DNA of 64,000 bases, taken from contig NC_045696.1 of the NCBI RefSeq assembly GCF_009834535.1, positions 21,082,001-21,146,000 of the forward strand, given 5' to 3'. The DNA comes from Camelus ferus (lineage: Eukaryota). The position numbers and the translations under genes were made by a program. Positions within the stretch are counted from its first letter, which is position 1; each line of letters starts with the position of its first letter. The notes beneath the pieces were generated by a model. It made no database searches and was not told where the DNA came from. It saw only the letters and a list, made by a program, of their open reading frames with translations. This document shows positions 11,241 through 23,565 of the stretch, piece by piece.

Positions 11241-14154
11241 CAGATTAATGTGACAAGCTGTTAAATAATGTATGTTCTATCCTACCACCTTGAAAAATAT
11301 TCTTTTATATTAAAAAAAACTTAAAACATATTTAAATACGTGTGTTTTATATTCTAAAAGTAACAAAGATAACTTATTTAATTTTATTTTGGATATTAAA
11401 CCATTTTGTTGATGGGCCATTAATATTTAAATGAACAATAAAAATAAATGCATAACTCATGTTATATTTGATATATTAATTTTTTTTTGCTTTCAATTGG
11501 ACAAAAGCAATAGTTGTTTTTGTTAATCAAATTTTCATATGTTCTATTCTATTAAAAATAATGAATTAAAGAATTATAAAATAAGTGGAATTTTATTCAA
11601 ATTATATAAACTTGAATACACTTTATCAAAACACAAAGTATGATAAATGTAAAGGATAAAATTTAATTATAATAACATTTTTCCTGTAAAATATTTGTAA
11701 TGATAAATTGAAATAAAAGGCAAAATACTAATTATAATGAAAGGTTAGCAAATTTTAAATCATGTTTAAGTAAAGCTTAATGAATTAACTTATTAATTCA
11801 TATTACATATTTTCTATAAATAAAACTTGCAATATTTTTAACATTTAATGTCTAGTTGCTAATATAAAGGCTTTATATCATGCTTTATGCATTATTTCTA
11901 GAACTCCATGTACGACTTTCAGTAGTATACATTTACCACATTGAAAATGTTCCTCACTTGTGGTGTCCAATTCTTATGAATCCTGTGCTAATTCATAGGT
12001 TCCTTTTGCTGGGCCCAACTGTTGTACTTATCAAAGAATCTTCTAAAGTCTAATATATGCAAAAATATGATAAATTCATAAAATATTAACATTTTAATGC
12101 TACGATAGAATTTGTTCACATGCCCTACATACTTTGATGTGAAAAGATTTAGGAAAATGACCCCACAGGATCTCCATTGAACATAAACAGGGTCAATACT
12201 CTAAACTTCAGCCCTGTGATTTCTGAAGTTGCCCAGATAATTACTTTAAACTGGTGTTCAGTATTGCTTACATTAAGTTCTGTGGTTTGTGTTTTGCTCA
12301 GATCGGTGTCTATAACAGATGCTTTTTAAAATGCCAATGTAGCTTTCAGCCACAATCACTGAGTCAGGGTTTAAATCCAACATCTGGCACTATGTGTCAG
12401 CACCTGAGGTAAATAACACTCTTAGTGATGTACTTGTCTGGCCCAATAAACGCGTTTATTTGAAACTGTCATTGGTAGATGCCATGATTTATTACAGCCT
12501 GTGCTTCTTCAAAATACTCTCCCAGCCACTGTTCAACAGAATACTTAGACAAAGAGCAGCACTGGTTCATCCAACATGGTCTTCTCTGTTATCCAGGTAC
12601 TAACAGCGGAAGGCTGGAGAGCAGAACTTGAGTAATGAAATAGCAAATGCTGTGAAACGATAGTCATTTAGTGACACAGAAAAATAAAACAACAGTCAAG
12701 TAGGACAGCCAGTGGCTCCTTCCTCTGCACCTGAACTTCCTGTTTGCTTGTCTGAATGCTGACCAAATCACTGCAGCTTATCTAACTGACAAGATCATTA
12801 GACCAGTTTAACCAGCAATACTCATGTGAAATATGTATCTTTGAGGTTTTATGAAAAATGATTTCCAGAAGCAACTGAAATAAGAGAATGACTACTTTCA
12901 GAGACGTGATTGATAGACTAGAAGGCATTCAAATAGAACAGTCGATCAAGATAAATAAAATGAAGCTTACCTTCAGAATAACCAAGTAGACTATGTTTCA
13001 GTGGTCTAATCATTAACAGGATACAGACATCCTTTTATTTGTTTTTGAAAGTGCACTGTATTTCAGTTAATTACAAGTGGTTGGCAATATTGTATATTGT
13101 GTCATAATGAATAAATAAAGATACAATAACATATTTTACTAGATCAGCATGTTAAATAATGAAAATTTACCTTTAATAGTGCAGATAGTTGCAACTCATC
13201 TACTTTTATAGGAGGTTTCCTTGATAGCACAATTTCTTTGCTGCTATTAAAAATATAACAGATTTATTTGGCTTATTGATTACTGACCTATATAGATAGC
13301 TTTTTAAAAAACTATTTGAGAAGATAAATGTTCTTTTTGGTAAAATATTTCCTAGTACAAGATATCTTGGAAATAGCAATCTCTCTATTGTACTATGATA
13401 ACTACAATTCCAGCCTTGCCCATGGAGGAAATTTGTCAAATATGCTGAAAAAGTGGTATCTTATGTAAAATGTATTCTAGGGTACAAAGAGTCATGGACA
13501 TAAAATTCAGATCTGAGCATTGGATTGGGAGAATTTGTACTAACAAGTTAATGAAATTGCTACTGTGTACCATGACTTTATGGTATGTTCAATGGAAAAA
13601 AAAAATGTGCTTTTTACTTCTACATAGCATGCATACACCAAATGAGGAGAAAGTCGGTATGAAGCATGAAAGTATTAGGTAATACACATACCTATTGGCC
13701 CATGTTATGTTAATTATCAGTGGACTGCCAAATCTTCCTGCTTTACTGACAGGATGGGCAAACACAAAGCATGTTATAGGCTCACCCAGCAATAGTCTCC
13801 TTCTGACATATTGGCTTCACCATGCTTAATTATTATGATTGGTTTACTTCATTTTACACATAGTTTTTATCTTATGTGTGTGTGTGTGTGTGCGCGCAAT
13901 GGAACTATGAGTGACTATAAGTAAATGTATATCCAGGTCTATTTTAAGATACATGCATGCAGCTGGAAGGCTGATTTTATCAGTGCTTGCTTTAATGGTA
14001 AAGTAATATTTTTACTACTCCCTGGATCTAGTTCCTCACAGTTAAATTATTTTTTATAGTCTTGAATAAATACCATGGGAACAACATTACATTAATCAAT
14101 GATTATCCATTAAAAATCAGTAAATTGTATGGTCAGCTAAATTTTGTTGAAGAG

Positions 14155-14594
14155 TATATGGTCAGGCCATTCAAGGTGGCTGTTTTGTTTTTGGTCTCCG
14201 AGAATCTCTGGCTGGACCAGTGCCTGCCTCATCTACTTTCTACTCACATGACTGACTTTCCTACATACTTGCCCCAGGCCCCAGCTAGTGCTTATTCTTA
14301 TCAAAGGGGCAGGAGGGTGTGCCCCTCTTCTGGTTTCCCTGGTAACAAATGAGCCAACCTGATGTCAATTCCCCCTACAGCTGCTAACCTCCCCCTGCCC
14401 CCAGGAACAAAGATTGCCGCTGTGTCCTGCCCACCATCCACTGAACAGGGTGGGGAGTTCCTCCAAGACCTTGCTTCAGACAAGCTCTCCTGTCCATTAA
14501 ACCTTCAATGTCTCTGTTGCTGACTCTGGGCTCTTTCTTCCATCTTGAAACTGAGGGAGTACAGGTTTCCCAGGCCTGCGATGTGCAGCCAACA
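14155..14594 (+). mobile_element. Solo LTR (ERV, family unassigned)
   Basis: GC-richer ~440-bp block with ATTAAA signal, U5-like end ...gtgcagccaaCA and a possible 5-bp TSD aagag/gagag. 5' boundary uncertain. Confidence 0.6.
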
Positions 14595-15824
14595 GAGAGG
14601 GTTGGCTAAAATTTGAAGACGGGGAGATGCTACAAGGTTATCTGAAGCGCCCGTCTCTTAACTATATTGAGTGCCTTTAATGCCAGGAGTCAGTAAAGAA
14701 AAACAAGGACTTGTTTAACGGCTTTAGTTACTCCATGATCCTGTATAAATCCATCCTTATGCAAAGCCATGCATTCCTCAGGGAGCAATGCATTAAAATG
14801 AACCTTTGGTTTTCAAAACAGCCTGTTGTAAGTTGTGCAAATTTAAACATCTAAGTGTTAAGCTTCAGTTTCTGAGACTAATGCTCCCTTGTGTAATCAC
14901 ATTTATGAACAACAGATCATGATGAATTACTTTTTTTCTAATCAATAAAAGTATTTTTAGGTTATTCAGTTAAAGGCAGGTGGTCAGCAAGTACAGAAAG
15001 CATAAATCATTTCTGTAGCTACTTAAATCATAGATTTTCTGTGAGTTACAAGGACTAATACCTTAAAATATATAACATAAAATTATAGAAATAATATTAA
15101 AGGGCTCTATTTTTTTTTCTCTTTTAACTCATGTTTCTATAGTGGAACCGCTAAGAAACCATTTGAAGTTAGCAGTTTAACGACATGTAGTAACTTTAAA
15201 GACCTCCAGAATGTTTCTACTTGCTAAAGTATGTTCTCCAAGAGACATTTGAACATATTGGGTGTTTAGTGATGCTAAACTTGCACCTGTAAAAATACAG
15301 ATGATAAAAATATGTTATCTATAGAATTACAAACTGTAAACTATTCATTAGACTTCTATTCATTAGATGGTACAGAATGTTTTGCCAACACTGTCATGAT
15401 CATTTTATAGTTTCTGCTCATTTTTATCTGTCTAATTTATTCTATTTTTCCTCTTAGAGTTACCATACTCTAGGATAAGACTAGACATTCTGTAGTCTTT
15501 TAAAATGAAACACAACTGGATCATTTTCCTAGTACTCTAAGGATAATATTTTTTCCTTACATGGTTTCACATCAGTCTTCCCCTCAAAGTCACTGGTTTG
15601 GGGAAATCCTACAGAGCTGGAAGGCAGTCAACAGACCACTGCATGGTCTTTTGCAAGACTCCCCAACAAAGGCTCAAAGACTGAGACACCGGGCACATCT
15701 ATAAAACCAGCATCAGAAGTCAGGTCAAACACAAATAGCATTTGAGAAAGCAGGAATCTGAATAGTTCGGAATCAACAACCAAAAACATTGTCACTGGAA
15801 GGAAAACATAGCTATTTAAGCTTG

Positions 15825-16354
15825 TGTTATAGGCAAGAAGAAGCTTGGCATCTCTGATCCATGCTTTTTCTACCTCTTCTGCTGTTTAACCTCTGAGTCA
15901 TAATCCTCAGCCTAGCCCTGCAGGTGGATATGTTAATCACTAAAGGGATTTTGCTTACAGTTTAAGATTTGTGCAAATAGCCCCTTACCCAAAACTTGCC
16001 CAAGGGGAGAGAAGGAAGTATGAATAAAAATAGCTATTTTTTTGGTCAAGATTTATAGGAATGTTGTGACAAGACTCACATCAATCCAAGTCAACTGTCC
16101 AAGAACAAAAAATTTTCACAATCCTCTTCGTACCCTTGCTGGTGCCTGATTTAAACCCGCTCCTGCTTCCCCCTTCCCAAGCATAAAAGATGCTTGAATT
16201 CTACCCTGAATTAAGATGGTTCTTTAGGATATTAGTCCATCATCTTCTCAGTTCCTTGTTGTTCTGAATAAGGTCACTTTTCCTTGCTCAATCACTTTGT
16301 CTCTTAATTCATTGTCCTGTTGTGTGATGAGTGATGGGTTTGGACTTGGTTACA
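15825..16354 (+). mobile_element. Solo ERV1 LTR, MER41-like, perfect 4-bp TSD
   Basis: TGTTA...TTACA termini flanked by CTTG (15821-15824, 16355-16358). The 3' half is clearly homologous to the reverse complement of 7362-7640. Confidence 0.85.
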
Positions 16355-17435
16355 CTTGTATAAAGGAATGGTTACTGGATAATCGTGGAAGCCTATTTTC
16401 TTTTTAATGACATTCCCATATTTGAATAGATGTTCTTAATTTGTGGTCTCAGTGCCCAAGGTAGAAGGTGGAATTCCCTTTTGCAGTCCCCCAACTTTTG
16501 TCTAGGTTTTAAGCCTGTGGTCTAAGTGCTGCCATTCAGTGGCACTGCTTACAGACTACGGTCCACAGAAGGAATGCTGAAGAACCCATTGTCTTTTGTA
16601 ATTTAGTCTTTGGGGCGTTATGAGATGGAGACTCAAGAGTGGTAGTGACAGAAGCTCTGAACCAAGCTTCACTCATGTTCAATGTCCACAGCGAGTTCAC
16701 AGTGAGAAATAAAACATGCTCAGGCAGTCCTCCAGGGCCAACTGTTTGTGCCTCTGACAAATTCTATAAACTATTCAATATCCATAGTAAATTGGATTTT
16801 GGATTATGATAGGAAAGTGCAATTATTTTTATTAGTTAAAGAATGTTGACTGAGATAATACAAGACCATGTAAATATAAAGGTGTACATTTGGGGGAAAT
16901 ATTTTTATCTTCCCTTCCAAAAAGGATGGATAAAAATGGGTTTGGGTGTGGATAGATTGAAAAGATCAAAATGAAATTAGCCATTTATTGGCCTATTTCT
17001 GAGCAGTTGAGAGTAGCTTTGGATTCTTTATATCTACCCTGATTACAACAGCAAATAATTCAGAATTTGAAACCTGGGTGAAGCTATGTGCAGGTGCAGG
17101 TGCCCCACCGTCAGTGATGAAAATGATCCAGCATCTCAAAAGAAGTAGAGTGAATCATTCCACAATTTCCTGTTAAAATTCCAAATACTTCATTGCTGCT
17201 CCTTTAATGCAACTGTGGTTTGCTTACTTATATTCCTATATGTTGCGTCCTAATGGGAATTTGGAGAAAAAAATAAGTAAAATAAAATCATATGTGTTGG
17301 AGACCAAGAAGAGGTAAATAGTTCTCCAAATACTTATTCTTGGAGATTTTTCACAAGTTTTTACTACTTGAGTTCTCTTAATCCATAATGAAAGTGTAAT
17401 CTGTAATGAAATAACACATTTCTTTTTTCTTGTTG

Positions 17436-17600
17436 CCATATTTTCTTAATTCTAAAATACACATTTCTTCACATTTAACATTTCTGAAATCAAAATAGTT
17501 TAGATCAATGTGTGTATGTCAATGAATATTCTTCCTATTTTAAAAGCAAGAAAACACTAATTTGGCTAATAATTCATTTTATTAATCTTGATGAGTAAAT
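17436..17600. mobile_element. MER104/Kanga-like TcMar-Tc2 MITE
   Basis: ccatattttcttaattctaaaatacacatttcttcacatttaacatttctgaaatc resembles the recalled MER104/Kanga 5' end. Confidence 0.5.
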
Positions 17601-18461
17601 GATAGAATATTTAGATGATATTCATAATTATGATATAAAATCACAGCTTTAATTGTCAGTGCATACATACATATAAATTAAAATTCGCAAGTGTGATTCG
17701 TAGTGTTTTGTATGCTACCACAGATGAAAGTTGATGTCTCCCCTTGCAACTGTAATATTCTCAAGGTACCATTTCAATTTTGCAATCTGCTTTGCTTGAG
17801 GTCTTTATTCAAAAAGAGAAAGTCCTTTCCTATATTTGCTATATTGTGTTTTACACCTTTTTTTTTTCAATTTTTCTTTCACTACATTAATAAAAATATT
17901 TTTTAAAAGCCTACACTCACTCAAAAATTAATTTTAAAAACCTTCAATTTACTTTTCAGCGTTTGTTTGGAGGCCAGGGTCTAAATAAAATTGTACCAGG
18001 AAGAAGTTAGTTTTGGGGAAGAGTAACTAGATTTAGAATACAAATAATACTTCCACTAAATTTTTGTTTTCATCTTTACTAAACATCCCAGATTTAAAAT
18101 TAAAAACAAATAATTCCTCTTTAGTTAATAATTTTAGACCCAAAATGTTAGTATACTGTGCTTCACTTATGCATTCCATCTATGTTTATTTTCCTTAAGT
18201 GGATTAGATTAATCTCATTAATTCAATTTATATTTGCACTCTAGATTTGCTTTTTATATTCAATTATTTTCACATTGTTCTTAAAACTTAATGGTATGGA
18301 ATATTGGATTTAGTTTTACTACATTAAGAGCCTTAGTTTCTGGTACCACAGGATACCGTATTTAAGTGGCATGGAGGTTGTGTGTGAGTATCAGTGCCAT
18401 CAAAAGAGAAACTCTATTGCCTGCCCCTGGCAGAGGCAGATGACCTCCTCAACAATACACC

Positions 18462-18877
18462 TGTGTTGGTTTCCTAGGGCTGCTGTGGCAAAGTACCACA
18501 GATGGAGTCGCTTAAATAACAGAAATGTCTTGTCTCACGGATGAAGATGTTGGCAGGGATATACTCCTTCTAACGGCACTGGGAGAGGATCTGTTCCAGG
18601 TCTCCCTCCTAGCTTCTCGTGGTTTTCTGGCAATCTTTGGTGTCTCTTGATTTGTAAACACATCAACTTCATTCTCTGCCTTCATGTTCACATGCTGTCC
18701 TCCCTGTGTGCTCTGCTAGTGACACCAGTCACGTTGGATTTAGGTCCATACCACTGATGTCATCTTAATTAATTACTTCTGCAGTGACCTTATGTTCAAA
18801 TAAGGTCTCATTCAGAGGTACTTGGGGTTAGGACTTAAACATATGGATTTTGAGATGACACAAATCAATTTTTAACA
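18462..18877 (-). mobile_element. MaLR solo LTR (MLT1B/MLT1C-like)
   Basis: tgtgttggtttcctagggctgctgtggcaaagtaccaca...cttaaataacagaaat...gaggtacttggggttaggactt..acatat...taaca; TG..CA termini. Confidence 0.85.
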
Positions 18878-19638
18878 GACCTCCAGAAAGTTGTCTATGG
18901 TACCTTATTTATTGTATAGATTCAAAGCCACATGTTCTCCAAGCATCCTTAGAAATTGTATTTGTTTATAAAATGATTGAGGTTTTAACTAGCTAATGAC
19001 AAAGGCTTGCTTATTCTTTCCCTAATATAAAAGTATCAAGAAAACAAAAACTTTATAATTAAAATGACTCCTAATAATACTAATATCTTAATGTCATTCT
19101 TAGGCCTTTTCCTTGAGCCCTAGAGGCAGGGCTAGGGAGCACTGGGAACCATGGCACTAGGAATAGCACAAATAATTGATGAAAAATGTTTTGAAAGTTA
19201 TCTGTGTACATCAAAGTACTCTTACTGGTTTTGTTAGAAAATAATCTTATTGTTAAAAATTCTTGTTACGTTAAAATGTTTTAGTTATTTCTGATTACTT
19301 TTCACTGTCTGTCAACACCCTTTCTTTCTACACCTTCTGAAATTTAAAACTCAATTATGTACTCTACCTGAAAGAAAAGTAAGTAAGTCCTCAATTAAAA
19401 GATTCCATGCTATATGTTTTCTTTGTTTTTATTCAGAATTGAAACTTTATAAAAGTAAGGGTTATGTTATTTTTAAGTTCAAATAACATACCACAATTTT
19501 AGTACTCATTTTAAATGATTTTTATGATGAACTAAGATACTGGCTTTTATAAAATGCAGAAGCAGTAGTCTAGCTCTCTTATAGAGGATACTTTTTCTTC
19601 TGAAGAAATTTTGCCCTGAAAACCCTCTGTGGGGCACC

Positions 19639-19681
19639 TAAATGACTACTACTCATGTTATAAATGACTACTACTCATGTT
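19639..19681. repeat. Perfect 21-bp tandem duplication (period 22)
   Basis: TAAATGACTACTACTCATGTT at 19639-19659 and 19661-19681. Confidence 0.95.
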
Positions 19682-21029
19682 GTGTAGATTGGAAAGGTCG
19701 TGCTCAAGCATCTCTTTCATTACACAGACCATTAATCAGGAAATCACTGCCTAGTTCTCCTTGTAGGCCTTTGGTGTTAGAATCTTTTCTTTTCTTTATT
19801 TCTTTTTGTGTGTGTGTATGTGTATGTGATTGGAAACTTCTGTATGTTTTTTTCCTTCTTAGAATCTCTTCTATTCTTGAGGGCCCCAACAAAATATGCT
19901 TGTGTTTTTGTTGGATGTAATTGTTGACAGAATTGTGTTGCTGAATTATTATGTTCAATAAACTTGGCAGCTTGATTGCTGCCTATGTGTATGAATCCAT
20001 ATTTATCTCTGCCATGTCCACATGTCTTCTGAAGATAGTAACCAATGAGGGTAAAAATCACTGGGCAACTAGCACATCACCTGATCAGAAATATACTTAG
20101 TTCTGAATTTTTTACCCAATACACTGGAATAAATGATTGGTACTTCACTCCACTGAGCCAAATAATTCCCTTAATTCTGATATAAAATTTTATTTTTACC
20201 TTAAGCCTCTTTATCACTTTTTTAATCATTTGCTAACTTTCTTTCCCTCTTTCATGAATCAGGATAAGACCTCCAATGATAAGCCAATCTCTTCTACAAT
20301 TTCAAGAGATACATACAGCTATGTTGGGTAGAAAAATCACTGTTTTCTTTTATACATATAAGACTGTAATGTGGAATATAAAGAAAACACAAATGCTACT
20401 CTTAAACATTTCAAATAGAGAGCATCTCTGTATATTAATTTCATGTCTTTGATTCTTGCATTAATTCTCATCAGTTGGATACTTTATCATTTGCTTAATT
20501 TATTTGTATATATTGCTACAGAGTAATTCTTTCCATAAAAGAATTTTATCTCTTCAAGAAGCTTTATTGTATTAATTGTATTATTCCTTAGGTTAAAAAA
20601 AGACAACAAGTCATAAAATCATTAGATTCATTCCCATTATAAAGGAAAGGCTAAATAAATATCTGATTACACCTAATAAAATATATGGAATTCCATTTTA
20701 CTTGGAACTGGTGTACATTACATTATAATTTCTGATATAGAAGGTTAGTAAGTGCATATTTTTCAGATAGTTTGAATTTTACTGCAGTCCCTGAATAACC
20801 TATGTCATCTTTAACAACTGTGTTCTTTCTTGCTTTGGAATATAATGCCTAAGGGACATTCCTTTGGCATCACTTACTAAGTTTCTATCATGTCATCTGT
20901 TTTATAGCATGAAAGTTTCTAAAAACACATCAAGTTCTTCTATGGATCAAAATTCTTGTGTGACAAATGTCAAGTATGGTATAGTGAGCCATAATCAAAA
21001 CAAAAACACTGACTCTTAACCTTAGCACA

Positions 21030-21600
21030 AATATGATAGGGGGTCCAAATGTTACAGCACATATTCAAATAAATATCCCATATATACACACATATACATG
21101 TACATATATATATATGCTTAGTCAATTAGAATGTAAGATTAAGACCTAATAGAAGATGTCAAGGAATAAAATCCATATCCACAAACTATACCTTCATTTG
21201 TCACACACATTGTTGGACCTCAGCACCATGGACAGTAGCCCTGGATCTGGGGCAAATACTTCCGTAGCCAGTGGGTGCTGTCCAGATTTCTGAAAGGGTA
21301 CAGTGAGGCTGATATTGGAAAGATCAAAATAAGCTAGAGATTAAAACCAACTGTTACTGCCAGTGAAGAGTGCTACTGGGGAGCCACTGATATAAACAGC
21401 AAGCAAAGAATAAAAAGTAAGTTCTTGTCCTTTTTCCCAATGTCCAGTCTCCCTCTATTGTCCTCAATTAGTGTAATGCAACAAGAAGCCAGCTGGCAAA
21501 AAAAGAAATGCAGTTTACAGATTCCCATCCATAGCATCACAAAGTAGGACATAGATCATTGGGTTTAGAGTTGAAAGAAAATTGTTTAACAACTGGCAGA
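21030..21600 (-). mobile_element. ERVL LTR (LTR33/LTR41-like)
   Basis: aagaagccagctggcaaa..gaaatgcagtttacagattccca..agcatcacaaag...gggtttagagttgaaagaaaattgtttaacaactggca matches the recalled LTR33/41 end. Left boundary approximate. Confidence 0.6.
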
Positions 21601-23260
21601 CTAATAATAAGCCAAGGGCTTTATTGATGTAGCAGCCACTGCTGCCTTCTCTCTTTGTCTGTTCACTTGTTCTTGTCAAGCTTGTCAATATCCCTCTGGC
21701 AGTAATGGAAGAACAGTGTGCTTTGGGCCCTGGCCATGGGTCTCCGTGCCTATTTACCCCATATCTCTTTTCTGCCAGTGTTCTTGGCTAAGGCTCTAAA
21801 TCCTGATCCAGCTCCAGCTCTAGGCAATCTTTAGAAGATACCAACTTTTACTAAATTAATCTTTAAATTGATGACATTTTAGTTAAAATTTCAACTAGGT
21901 ATATTTTTGAAAGGAAAAGTTGATACAGCTGGACAAGTAAAATAATTTTTTAATTGCAAAAGTTAGGAGGCTCTACATCTATCTGATATTAAAGCATTTT
22001 ATCAAGTAATAATCCTGTTTGAAATTGGCCAACAAATAAACAAATTAATAAATGAAGAAAATGACAGAGTCCAAAAATATAGTGACCCTTTCAGTGTCAT
22101 CATGAGGACAGTACAGGTTTGTGTTTTTTGTAAGATTGCTGCTCTTCTAAAACATTGGAATTACATAAGGTTGAAATGAGAGATTTTTGGTTAAAATTCT
22201 GTATCCAATAGTTATCAATTTTTAACTGTCTGCTTTGGGGAAAGTAATGTAACTATTCAAAGGCTGATTTTTTTCATATAAAATTGTAACAGTCACTTGG
22301 AGTTGTTGGGCAGACAGATATCCTCTTACATGTTATGAGACATGTAACACATGATACAATATGAATCCATTTTCACAGACAAGAGGGTGTGATTGTTTAA
22401 AAAAATCTCAGACTGATTAAATATATAAAGACAATTTGTTAAGTTAAATAAATGAAAAGTCAATGGATTGGCTAGACTTCAGTTAAATTTAATAAGAAAT
22501 TAGGGCTTTTTTCCTCTGTAGTTTTCTGAGCTCCTCAACTTTCCTCTTTCTTTTATCCCTTATTTTAGCAAAATTTCTTCAACAGTCCCAGGCCCACATA
22601 TGTACTTACCATTAAGAAGAATAAAAAGAGAGCTCTTCTTTCCCAAACAAAAAGTGAAAGTCTTGGAATAGTCTGATTTAGCCATCCTCAATCACATGTG
22701 CAGACCTGAACCAACAGATGTAAACAAGAGACTACCATAGATGACTGGCTGAGTATCTCAGAGAAGGTATGAGCTTTAAGGTAGGCTTTATCTAGATTCT
22801 CATTCTATTTGTATGCAATCTTTTTTAGCTACCCCTTATTCTTTTGGCCTCTTTATTTCTTAGGTGGGTTTCCCTCAAGCTACTGACACAGCTACCAGTG
22901 GTCCAGGTTTCATATTGTTACATCACAACTTTGAAAGAAGAGAGAGCTAATTTTCCACAATCTTTTATTGAAAGTACAGAACTTTCCTTATTTAACTGAA
23001 ATAATTACATTGCAGTGGGGATAATATAATGTTTTTGATTGGCTTGGGCCAATCACAAACCAGTTCTGAATTTGAAAGCACAATCACCTAAGTAAAGTTT
23101 ATGCTGTGGGGAAATAGAGGCTGAATGGACAAGCATAGAGAATTTTTATATAGAAACAGTGATTAGAAAAGTGATCAACTAACACAAACCTTGCCCAAAA
23201 GAAGTCCAGTCCTGAGTAAGAGATAAATCCCATTTCACACCATAAGAAAACCACCATAAA

Positions 23261-23565
23261 CTATGAACTCATCTACAAAAGAAACAGACTTGCAGACATA
23301 GTAAACAATCTTATGGTGACTGGGGAAAGGGAGTGGGTAGGGATAAATTTGGGAGTTTGAGATTTGCAAGTGTTAATCACTATATATAAAAATAGATAAA
23401 AAGCAAATTTCTTACATATAGCACAGGGAACTATATTCAATATCTTGTAATAACTTTTAATGAAAAAGAATATGAAAAGGAATATATGTATGTATATGCA
23501 TGCCTGGGACATTGTGTTGTACACTAGAAATTGACACATTGTAACTGACTACTTCAATTAAAAAA
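23261..23565 (+). mobile_element. 5'-truncated L1 (3' UTR only) with 17-bp TSD
   Basis: Complete L1 3' UTR homologous to 37460-37720 (reverse complement). TSD AAGAAAA(C/T)CACCATAAA at 23244-23260 and 23566-23582. Confidence 0.92.

Noticed and set aside
19886..19914. Hairpin CCAACAAAA...TTTTGTTGG and nearby GGCAGC...GCTGCC
   Set aside because: Stems of 6-9 bp are expected by chance and are too short for a pre-miRNA.
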